This document shows, one piece after another, positions 52,830 through 64,000 of a stretch of DNA of 64,000 nt. Position numbers and translations under genes: made by a program. Source of the stretch: Ylistrum balloti (lineage: Eukaryota); contig NW_026782132.1 in NCBI RefSeq assembly GCF_031769215.1, positions 248,001 to 312,000 on the forward strand. The letters run 5' to 3'. A model generated the notes under the pieces. It was given only the letters and a program-made list of their open reading frames with translations, made no database searches and was not told the DNA's origin. Position 1 is the first letter of the stretch. Every line of letters starts with the position of its first letter.

Positions 52830-54140
52830 ACAGAAGAGGAAGGGGGCATTTGTGGTAGAGGTCAGCAACCAGAGGGGAAAGACAGAAGAGGAAGGTGGCA
52901 TTTGTGGCAGAGGTCAGCAACCAGAGGGGAAAGACAGAAGAGGAAGGTGGCATTTGTGGCAGAGGTCAGCAACCAGAGGGGAAAGACAGAAGAGGAAGGG
53001 GTCTTTTGTGGCAGAGGTCAGCAACTGGAGGGGAAAGACAGAAGAGGCAGGGTGCATTTGTGGCAGAGGTCAGCAACTGGAAGGAAAAGGCAGAAGAGAA
53101 AAAGTATGTTTGTAGCAGTGGTCAGCAGCAGTGGACAGAAGGGAAAGAAAACACTTATTGTAGTGGTCAGCAGCAGTGGAAAGACAGAAGAGGAAGATGA
53201 CATTTGTGGTAGAGGTCAGCAACCAGAGGGGAAAGACAGAAGAGGAAGGGGTCTTTTGTGGCAGAGGTCAGCAACTGGAGGGGAAAGACAGAAGAGGCAG
53301 GGTGCATTTGTGGCAGAGGTCAGCAACTGGAAGGAAAAGGCAGAAGAGAAAAAGTATGTTTGTAGCAGTGGTCGGCAGCAGTGGACAGAAGGGAAAGAAA
53401 ACACTTATTGTAGTGGTCAGCGGCAGTGGACAGAAGGGAAAGAAAACACTTATTGTAGTGGTCAGCGGCAGTGGACAGAAGGGAAAGAAAACACTTATTG
53501 TAGTGGTCAGCGGCAGTGGACAGAAGGGAAAGAAAACACTTATTGTAGTGGTCAGCGGCAGTGGACAGAAGGGAAAGAAAACACGTATTGTAGTGGTCAG
53601 CGGCAGTGGACAGAAGGGAAAGAAAACACGTATTGTAGTGGTCAGCGGCAGTGGACAGAAGGGAAAGAAAACACTTATTGTAGTGGTCAGCGGCAGTGGA
53701 CAGAAGGGAAAGAAAACACTTATTGTAGTGGTCAGCGGCAGTGGACAGAAGGGAAAGAAAACACTTATTGTAGTGGTCAGCGGCAGTGGACAAAGGGAAA
53801 GAAAACACTTATTGTAGTGGTCAGCGGCAGTGGACAGAAGGGAAAGAAAACACTTATTGTAGTGGTCAGCGGCAGTGGACAGAAGGGAAAGAAAACACTT
53901 ATTGTAGTGGTCAGCGGCAGTGGACAGAAGGGAAAGAAAACACTTATTGTAGTGGTCAGCGGCAGTGGACAGAAGGGAAAGAAAACACTTATTGTAGTGG
54001 TCAGCGGCAGTGGACAGAAGGGAAAGAAAACACTTATTGTAGTGGTCAGCGGCAGTGGACAGAAGGGAAAGAAAACACTTATTGTAGTGGTCAGCGGCAG
54101 TGGAAAGACAGAAGAGGAAGATGACATCTGTGGCAGAGGT
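52830..54140. repeat. Composite purine-rich minisatellite: ~51-bp units, a ~250-bp block duplication and ~16 x 45-bp units
   Basis: Direct reading; source of the 448-aa ORF and its overlaps. Confidence 0.95.
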
Positions 54141-54214
54141 AATTATTCATTTCAATGGTCTGCACTAGGGATCGAACCGAGACCTCTAGCTTTCTCAAGT
54201 CAAGAAGTGCTCTC
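54141..54214 (-). mobile_element. Truncated tRNA-derived SINE head
   Basis: B-box GGTTCGATCCC on the minus strand (54168-54178) followed by the same attgaaatgaataa signature. Confidence 0.5.
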
Positions 54215-54907
54215 TTGTGGAACATTTTATATATCATATAGTATTTAAAAGAGATACACCTAGAAGTATATCTTCAAATAAATTAACTTATCATACAAAA
54301 CATTTGTATCTATTTAAGGCAAGCAATTTCCTTCACAGGCTTTATAAAATGCCAGGAATGTCACCCTAGCAGCTTTAAGAAACGAGATAGTTAATGAGCC
54401 TTGGATTCCTGACTTGTGTGTATTAATAACAGGTCATCTCATACTGATGTAAATCCAGGTGATTTTAACCATAGGCCTCATTATGAACCCAGAATAAAAC
54501 TCTGGACATTGCTAGTCTATCATATTTAATATAATTTAGACACCATTCTAAACAATTATGGTAATTTCTAATCAGTTCTCACAGTAACCAACACACAAAA
54601 TATCAGTTTTCACTTTGTGCAGTAAGTGAGTATAAACGTCACGGTGAGCTACACTAAAGTGTGAAATTTCCCTGTGTACTTAACTGAAGTATTGCTGCAC
54701 ACAAGAATTACATTCCACTCTAGTACCTGTGTGTCACCATACTAGAACCAGTATCAAACACATGTCCCTTATATTACAAGTGTAAAAAAGGTCCTCTCTT
54801 GACCAGTTGGTAGGAAGCAGGGAGACTTTGTATTAGGTATATCTATACTTTGGTATATCTATAAATATTAAGTACAGTCCATCCTGGGAAACTGAAATCT
54901 GACTTAC

Positions 54908-54939
54908 CTCAAGTATGTAAGTAATGTAAAAGATGAAAT
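54908..54939 (-). other. Candidate 32-nt microexon
   Basis: Acceptor ctttgtatgatgcag, donor GAG|gtaagt. Confidence 0.4.
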
Positions 54940-55153
54940 CTGCATCATACAAAGGTAAGATAACAACACATCATTACAATTGTCCACAGGATAGGTAAAT
55001 AACCATGTTTGTAGTCACGTTAACTGAGTCACCAGGTCCTGTTTTAAATCGTGATATCAGTAGATCCTGTTGGGAGGCAGAAGACATGTACAAATATTCC
55101 AATATTCTCAGGGTATTGTTACATCTTAGTCAAGGTAGTAAAGGTCCCTTCTC

Positions 55154-55752
55154 ACCCCTAAACAATGTCATTTATGACATCTAAAAATGTACAGTCTGAC
55201 CCCTAAACAATGTCATTTATGACATCTAAAAATGTACAGTCTGACCCCTAAACAATGTCATTTATGACATCTAAAAATGTACAGTCTGACCCCTAAACAA
55301 TGTCATTTATGACATCTAAAAATGTACAGTCTGACCCCTAAACAATGTCATTTATGACATCTAAAAATGTACAGTCTGACCCCTAAACAATGTCATTTAT
55401 GACATCTAAAAATGTACAGTCTGACCCCTAAACAATGTCATTTATGACATCTAAAAATGTACAGTCTGACCCCTAAACAATGTCATTTATGACATCTAAA
55501 AATGTACAGTCTGACCCCTAAACAATGTCATTTATGACATCTAAAAATGTACAGTCTGACCCCTAAACAATGTCATTTATGACATCTAAAAATGTACAGT
55601 CTGACCCCTAAACAATGTCATTTATGACATCTAAAAATGTACAGTCTGACCCCTAAACAATGTCATTTATGACATCTAAAAATGTACAGTCTGACCCCTA
55701 AACAATGTCATTTATGACATCTAAAAATGTACAGTCTGACCCCTAAACAATG
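55154..55752. repeat. Perfect 45-bp minisatellite x13.3
   Basis: Identical copies of acccctaaacaatgtcatttatgacatctaaaaatgtacagtctg. Confidence 0.97.
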
Positions 55753-56099
55753 ACCCTTCTGGCCCCTTAAAATTTTTTTCATGCCGAGACTTGGAGAAGT
55801 GATAAGACAGTTAGACATAAATATCGGAAACCATTCTGTTGCAAAAAGTGTAAACAGAATTTGAACGTGTTTTGATATGAGACCATTCCTGTAGTACATG
55901 AATTTATAGGTTATTGAGACCAGATTGACCATGCCTAAAGCACAGCTTTCTTGAGAATCAAACATCCTAAACAAAATCACCGGTATCATATACCTCAAAG
56001 AAATTACCCTCTCTCCATGCACCCGGTCTCAAACCCTTCCCACTATCCCCCTCCCACCCCACTCCCTCTCCTCCTTTATCAGTACAAAGTTCTACTTAC

Positions 56100-56135
56100 C
56101 TTCATACTAATGGGAGATGATCAAGATCTAACATT
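56100..56135 (-). other. Candidate 36-nt non-coding (5'UTR) exon
   Basis: Acceptor gtatttttcag, donor AAG|gtaagt; stops in all three frames. Confidence 0.4.
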
Positions 56136-57758
56136 CTGAAAAATACATGTCCGAATTCTCCTCTCAGGAATTATCAAAATTCCAATCAACAGATCAGCAC
56201 ATGTTAGAACGTACAACTCTCAGGTCTACGAGCCTAGAATCAAGATGCACTGAGGGGTATACAACAGAAAATATCCAGTTTTTCCAGCCAAAGAAATGAA
56301 ACTTGAATAAAATAAATGGCACTGAATTTTAAACCTCTCCATTAAGCTGTTCAGATTAATACAATCAGCATCTGACCAAACACAAATCACAATACAGAAT
56401 ATATTTGATAAAAGTGATGATTTAAATGATATCAAGTTCTTGATATCCGCAGCTTTCACTCAGATCAGGAATTTTAGGGTGAAAACAAAGTATTTCTAAC
56501 GAGTAGAAGCGGAACCTATGTTCAAATAGAACATTTCCTCACAAATTGTTCTAGACCAGTCTAATCCAGAAGGCTATATACTACCAGGAAGTTTTTACAA
56601 TTTTATCAATCAGGGATGTTTTAAGCTTCCTAAATACACACACAGTGTACATGTGTACATTGGCAAGCATTCGATCACCCCAGAAGTCCTTGAAGCTTTT
56701 CACATTTTGAACATGTGTGTACTCATTAGGGTCTGGGATAGGGTGTCACTAAAATTTTGCATATATCCTAAATTTCCACATCAATAGATCAGAACTTCCA
56801 CAAATCACAATCTAACTTTCATATCTATATATATATTAAAGACTCCTGTCTTCCTAAAAATATAAGTATCTTCTAGTCGATAAACATTATTCAAAGGTCA
56901 GTTACGGACATTTTAAGGTCAGCTTATGGATGTTTCCAGATTCCAATAGACCTTTAGGAGATGACTTTACCCTTAACAAAAGTTTTGACTCTAAAGCATC
57001 AATGCATATGTGTTAATACCATCCATGTTTTTCACCATTCAAATTTTGGGGAAAATGTTATGTCTTTTAAAATTTGAAAGTCAAGAGTCAAATATCATGC
57101 ATGGTTCTCCACAAACATTAACAAAAAACAACAATCTATCTTTAATTCCAACTTTATGTGCATCTGCAATTTTAGATCGTCCAGAATGGTTACATTGATA
57201 ATATTACAGGATCGTCCCTATAATGTGTCTAAAGCAAAAGTAGACAAGACGCAGCATTAGTCACCGATTTCTTCCAGAATACCTTTTGTCATAGGGGTTT
57301 GCACCAAGTGTATGATTCACTTAGGAAAAACACAAAAATCAATCCCGTGCCATCGAGGGCCAGATTGTGTGTTGACAGTGTGTCAACAGAGTGCCCAGTA
57401 CAGCTCGGAGATAATTTTGTTCCTGTTTAGGATACGCTCATACTAGTAACATACTGGTAAGCATGTCATATAGGTCTCTCCATCAGGCCAGCTTCACATA
57501 GCAACATTCCCATGGTGATTAGGTGACCTTTAACAATTTCAAGGTCACATTGACTCATGCATGTATATTGAATGAAAGTTTCATCTCAATGATTCTGATA
57601 TCAAGTCCTAAGGATAAACATATAATAGATTTCAACACATTTCTGTTTCCTTAACAATAAATCCTGCCTGGATTGCTCTTATAACTGCCATTCAATTTGA
57701 AAAAAAAACAACTTAAAGTTAACAAGTACTACATTTTTCACATTTAGCTGAATATATT

Positions 57759-57971
57759 GGTCACATTTAGTAGATTATATAGGTCACAATAAGTAGATTA
57801 TATAGGTCACATTTAGTAGATTATATAGGTCACAATAAGTAGATTATATAGGTCACATTTAGTAGATTATATAGGTCACAATAAGTAGATTATATAGGTC
57901 ACATTAAGTAGATTATATAGGTCACATTAAGTAGATTATATAGGTCACATTAAGTAGATTATATAGGTCAC
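57759..57971. repeat. 23-bp minisatellite x9 (agtagattatataggtcacattt)
   Basis: Direct reading. Confidence 0.95.
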
Positions 57972-58489
57972 AACTTAAAATAGCAGTTATGGTCCCTTGT
58001 TTTCACCCATAAATCCAACTTATCCACTGATAATGTCATATAGAGTTTTCATCACGTAATAATCAAACATTATCCCAATGAAATTTGAAATAAAGTCTCA
58101 TTCTGTTGGACAATGGCTATATGTAATCTTTTACAGATCCTATAATAGAAGTTTAACTTTTGTTTACTTGGCCAAGATGAAGTTACTTGACCAGTCCCCA
58201 ATATCTATGTAAGATCTTGTGAAGTTATGTTAGGTTACCACACAACCATTTGACACTGGTGTAAAGAAAAGATGAAGACACCACTGCTGGTTCTACGTAA
58301 GTTACTCTGCCGTCAGTATGTAAAAACACAATACAACACTCATACAATGATGTATTTTACAGACACTAAACTATAAATAACATTTGTTTTACACAGATCT
58401 AAACCTGAACAATATGATAATTGAAGACTCTGCAGAAGTACATGGACATAAATAGAACCCCAAAATAGGATTATTTCAAGCAATTTACA

Positions 58490-59935
58490 AACACTTTTAT
58501 ATATACATCCTCTCTATACAGGGCACAATAACCTCTATATACAATAACCTCCCTATATCAGGCACTTCTATATATACATCCTCTCTATACAGGGCACAAT
58601 AACCTCTATATACCATAACCTCCCTATATCAGGCACTTTTATATATACATCCTCTCTATACAGGGCACAATAACCTCTATATACAATAACCTCCCTATAT
58701 CAGGCACTTCTATATATAGATCATACCTCTCTATACAGGGCACAATAACCCCTATATACCATAACCTCCCTATATCAGGCACTTTTATATATACATCCTC
58801 TCTATACAGGGCACAATAACCTCTATATACAATAACCTCCCTATATCAGGCACTTTTATATATACATCCTCTCTATACAGGGCACAATAACCTCTATATA
58901 CAATAACCTCCCTATATCAGGCACTTTTATATATACATCCTCTCTATACAGGGCACAATAACCCCTATATACCATAACCTCCCTATATCAGGCACTTTTA
59001 TATATACATCCTCTCTATACAGGGCACAATAACCTCTATATACAATAACCTCCCTATATCAGGCACTTTTATATATACATCCTCTCTATGCAGGGCACAA
59101 TAACCTCTATATACCATAACCTCCCTATATCAGGCACTTTTATATATACATCCTCTCTATACAGGGCACAATAACCTCTATATACAATAACCTCCCTATA
59201 TCAGGCACTTTTATATATACATCCTCTCTATACAGGGCACAATAACCTCTATATACAATAACCTCCCTATATCAGGCACTTTTATATATACATCCTCTCT
59301 ATACAGGGCACAATAACCTCTATATACAATAACCTCCCTATATCAGGCACTTCTATATATAGATCATACCTCTCTATACAGGGCACAATAACCTCTATAT
59401 ACAATAACCTCCCTATATCAGGCACTTTTATATATACATCCTCTCTATACAGGGCACAATAACCTCTATATACAATAACCTCCCTATATCAGGCACTTAT
59501 ATATATACATACTCTCTATGCAGGGCACAATAACCTCTATATACAATAACCTCCCTATATCAGGCACTTTTATATATACATCCTCTCTATACAGGGCACA
59601 ATAACCTCTATATACAATAACCTCCCTATATCAGGCACTTCTATATATAGATCACACCTCTCTATACAGGACACAATAACCTCTATATACAATAACCTCC
59701 CTATATCAGGCACTTCTATATATAGATCATACCTCTCTATACAGGGCACAATAACCTTTATATACAATAACCTCCCTATATCAGGCACCTTTATATATAC
59801 ATCCTCTCTATACAGGGCACAAAAACCTCTATATATAATAACCTCCCTATAAAAGACACTTCTATATATAGATCATACCTCTCTATATAGGGCACAATAA
59901 CCTCCCTATAATAGACACTTCTATATATAGATCAT
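58490..59935. repeat. 71-bp minisatellite x~20 with internal sub-repeats
   Basis: atatacatcctctctatacagggcacaataacctctatatacaataacctccctatatcaggcact recurs at 71-bp period. Confidence 0.95.
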
Positions 59936-60324
59936 GCCTGACCATACTGTCTTAAAATATTTCTATATATGTGTGTTCTGTTTTGAATTTGAAATCAACA
60001 TTTCTACATACTTGCGTGTTGTGTTTTGATAAGAAACATTCCTTATTTGTCTTAGTACTTTTTTTATTCGTTTGTTGGCAATATGGAAATGGGCATGGAG
60101 TATCTCATCAGCCGCTGTCTCAACCTTGTTAACTTACCACCAATAAAATATTTTATGATTACACTTCTGATGGTGCAGTGCTGTCTTTACCTTTGAATTC
60201 TAATTATAACAAAACAGGTCTTCATGGCAAGTAATAGCAGAAATTACCTAGTGAAAATACTCACTGTTCATCTGTTGGGGGCAAGAGAGTTGACTGTACT
60301 GTAACTGATGAAAGAACCCCTAAT

Positions 60325-61120
60325 GATTAACCTCCCTATAGACAGGCACTTTTATATATTCCTCCTATAACACAATACATCTATATACAATAACCTACCC
60401 TATACAGTTATATCTATATATACAACCTCTCTAAACAGGACACAATAACCTCCCTATAAAAGACACTATATATGCCCAAGGAATCTCTATACAGACACAG
60501 TAAGTGTTAAATTAAATACTATATATAGGTCCCTCTCTATAAGGAAGCAAATAACAAAATCACTTAAAACCTTCTATATATGTATGTCTCATACTGTCTT
60601 AAAATATTTCTATATATGTGTGTCTTGTTGTAATGTTGAAATCAACATTTCTACATATTCAAATATTGTCCATACATAGTCATTCTTATTTGTCTTAGTA
60701 GCCAATGTGTATTGTTTGTTGGGAAATGGGCACATGGAGTGCTTTGTTACTGGCCTATATTTAGGACCAATAAAATATTTTACATACACAACCTTCTGAT
60801 GGTAGTGCTGTCAATACTTTGAAGTATCTAATTATAACAAAATAAACTCATGGCAGAGAGCATGTGATTATTGTGGCTATATAAACTGTTAATCTGACAG
60901 GCAAGAGATTTGTCTGTACTGTAACTGATGAAAGAAAAAATGGGGTTGGAGATAGAGGCAGTTGTGGCAGATGGCTAATTCAAAAGTGTAGACTTGAAAA
61001 GTATATCTCTTGTAGGGACTAGAGGGAGGATACAAATGACAAATATGTCATTGTATCATATACTATACCAGGTCCCTAGAGACTAGTATTAAACTAGTGA
61101 GATGGTCCCATCATTTATGA
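60325..61120. other. Patchwork segment interleaving two unrelated neighbouring sequences (probable assembly consensus artefact)
   Basis: Alternating 5-30-nt blocks identical to 59942-60316 and to 61126-61662. Confidence 0.7.
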
Positions 61121-61663
61121 AATAGACAAAATCACTTAAAACCTTCAGCACTGTATGTCTCAAGGTCAAAAGTTCATATGTCTGCAGTTATTGTGTCTTG
61201 TTGTAATGTTGAAGTACAGCAGTCGCTATTCAAATATTGTCCATACATAGTCATGTCTACCTCATAATAGTAGCCAATGTGTATTGCCTGTGGGAAGGGC
61301 ACATGTCAGTGCTTTGTTACTGGCCTATATTTAGGACAAGATCTACACATACACAACCTTACCCATAGTATACCATCAATACAGAAGTATACAGATCTTA
61401 AAAGAAAATAAACTCAAGGTTCAGAGGGCATGTGATTATTGTGGCTATATAAGGTTGTAATTGACAGGCATTTGTCTGTTGTTGTTGGAGGGGTGGGGTT
61501 GGGAGAAGACAGTTGTGGCAGATGGCTGGTCAAAAGTGTAGATGAAAAGGTAAAGTTTGAGGGAGGTAAGAGGGAGGATACAAATGACAAATATGTCATT
61601 GTATCATATAACCAGGTCCCTATAACTAGTCATTGAACTAGTGAGATGGTCCCATCATTTATG

Positions 61664-62075
61664 TAATTAGTCAGTATAAGCTGATGATTAATTAGTCAGT
61701 AACCTGGTGGTTAATTAGTCAGCATAACCTGATGGTTAATTAGTCAGTATAACCTGGTGGTTAATTAGTCAGCATAACCTGATGGTTAATTAGTCAGTAT
61801 AACCTGGTGGTTAATTAGTCAGCATAACCTGATGGTTAATTAGTCAGTATAAGCTGATGGTTAATTAGTCAGTAACCTGGTGGTTAATTAGTCAGCATAA
61901 CCTGATGGTTAATTAGTCAGTAACCTGGTGGTTAATTAGTCAGTAACCTGGTGGTTAATTAGTCAGCATAACCTGATGGTTAATTAGTCAGCATAACCTG
62001 ATGGTTAATCAGTCAGTAACCTGGTGATTAATTAGTCAGCATAACCTGATGGTTAATTAGTCAGTATAAGCTGAA
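61664..62075. repeat. ~25-bp minisatellite (ggttaattagtcagcataacctgat)
   Basis: About 16 copies. Confidence 0.95.
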
Positions 62076-64000
62076 GGTTCAAGTTAAAAACAGAGCATGC
62101 ATTCACTTTTTATAAATATGGAACACATTGTCAGCTGATTATGTAATTGATTTCTTATGAATGAAAGCCTTTCCAATTTTAACCAGTAATCAATTTGGGA
62201 TTTAACTGACTTTTCTTTTGGATTTAACTAACTTCCCATCACTAGTTTACATACAAATAAATGTACGTATATAGTTTGAAGGCAGGTAAGGAGTGTGTCT
62301 ACTTTATCACACTAGACTGACGCGATCCACTGCCAGCTGCATGACTACTGATTATACTATCAAACAAAGTCACGCCATGATGTGTATTGTGTTTTTTCTT
62401 TCAATGAATGCTAGACATCTGACAGGGGGGTCACTAAGTAATTGGAACAGCATCTGATTTGTATATACATGCTATTGTACTCTAGCCAGTGCACCTTATC
62501 CACGCCCCATAGCCCACCATTAACGCTATCTATCCACATTCCATCCCACTTTATCTGTATACATCTTGACAGCCATTGAAGATTGATGATAACACCACAA
62601 CAGACCAACTTATCATCTATGGACAGTCCTACTTTCATTTTAGCAACGGAAAACCCTACTTTCACTTTGAAGTAAACAAGTTTGATGTCAAATAAGTAAA
62701 GACAGGTTGTCAGAGAAGCTAAAGAAACAATTTTAATATGTGTTAAGGTTGTTCTTCATGTATAAAATTACAGTATAAAGAGCTAGTTAGATATACCAGT
62801 CACCAGGCCTTCACATACTGATACACATGTCCCTTGTTGTATTAATTGTAGTGTTGTACCAGAAATCATTTCCACAATTTTTCATCACATCAATCATCTG
62901 AGACAGCACAACTACATTATTACCATTTACATGAATAAAAAGATGGGAAAAAATAATTCTACGCTATATCCAGAAGAAACCTATGGTTTGTGAACTCCAC
63001 AGAGATAATCATCCTAAATTCAGTAATAACTGACCCAATGAAATGTAGTTTTCTTCCTCATCCTTCGACATTGTCATTAACTTCTCTAATACCAATAGAT
63101 TTGTTGAAAGTTAGACATAGGAGCTCAGTCTGAGGGGAAAGATATTTAGGTGGCAAACATGAGGCTTATTCAGAGTTTGGCAACTTAATAATCTTTCCTT
63201 GAATGTTGAGATCCCTAATATCTCATCCAAAAGGAGTGAGTTATTATTTTTCATTATCCTGCTGGCTTTCCCATGTATGGAATGTTATCATCATCTCAAT
63301 CGTGGCATTGTTGACATAAAAGCATTGAACTGTTGACACATAACAATTTTCATGATAGGAGAACCCCCCCACCCCCCTTGCAATTCATCTATCTCCACAG
63401 TAGGTTGAGACAAGGACCATCAGCAAAAGCATTGATACACATGTCCTGGGTAAGAAAAAACAAGGTCATACACCGAATTCTGTTTTATCTCTGACGCGAT
63501 AAACTTGGGGTGAACAATGCAGTGAAACAAACAAATCTAGAACTCCCCAGATCTCTAGACACAGCCAACAGTTGGTCACCACTGGTCACCACCGGTCTAC
63601 CTAATCTAGTTCCGTCATATTTCAACAATAATTTCAATTTCATACACATACAGGGTCCAGTATTAACTGTTCTGTTAAATATTTGTAAAGAGAGTGAAGA
63701 ATGCAATCATCCAGACAAAACAATCACAAACATTTGATATTCCTCCAGGAACGATAGGAGGCCTGATGGGAAGTTCAAGCCTCTGTCGGTCAGTGTCTGA
63801 TCCAAGTGTTTTATACCTATGTGGAAGAGATTAAGACATTTAAATAAACGTTGGCCTCGTGAAAACCTTCACTTTACCAGTCCTGTATACACTATCAGTA
63901 TACAAAGGGTTAACTTAGAATACACCCCTCCTTATGAATATCTTTGGCTGAACACCAGCCGGTCAACAAGGGCTAGTGTCTTATTCACCCAACAGTGTTT

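Noticed and set aside
52822-54248. 448-aa ORF and overlapping ORFs on both strands
   Set aside because: Explained by 51- and 45-bp units that are multiples of 3; simultaneous open frames on both strands indicate a repeat artefact.
63080-63260. Minus-strand peptide NNNSLLLDEILGISTFKERLL resembling a LINE reverse-transcriptase tail
   Set aside because: The similarity is too short and no RT motifs are visible nearby.

Overview
AT-rich eukaryotic (metazoan) genomic DNA. No operons, CRISPR array, rRNA or intact tRNA genes are visible. The dispersed repeats and SINEs match my recollection of bivalve, possibly scallop, families; this is inference without a database check. The window is mostly intronic or intergenic. 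The best-supported coding signal is a minus-strand run of three phase-compatible exons (35401-35291, 34176-34033, 33703-33430). They encode an acidic, low-complexity protein segment with a KKRVRW PP1-docking-like motif. Tiny exon candidates with strong splice sites lie upstream (42.8-56.1 kb). A CpG-rich promoter-like region at 26.6-27.9 kb holds a likely ATG exon, and weaker minus-strand exon candidates continue to position 673. Two perfect RFX X-box palindromes (17355, 52535) hint at a ciliary or sperm programme. More than 15 unrelated minisatellite arrays cover about 11 kb and explain almost all long ORFs in the track. Helentron/HINE-like non-autonomous elements and tRNA-derived SINE remnants are scattered throughout. 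At 60.3-61.1 kb one segment is a fine-scale interleave of two unrelated neighbours, most likely an assembly artefact. I cannot name any gene, and I found no convincing novel multi-gene system.
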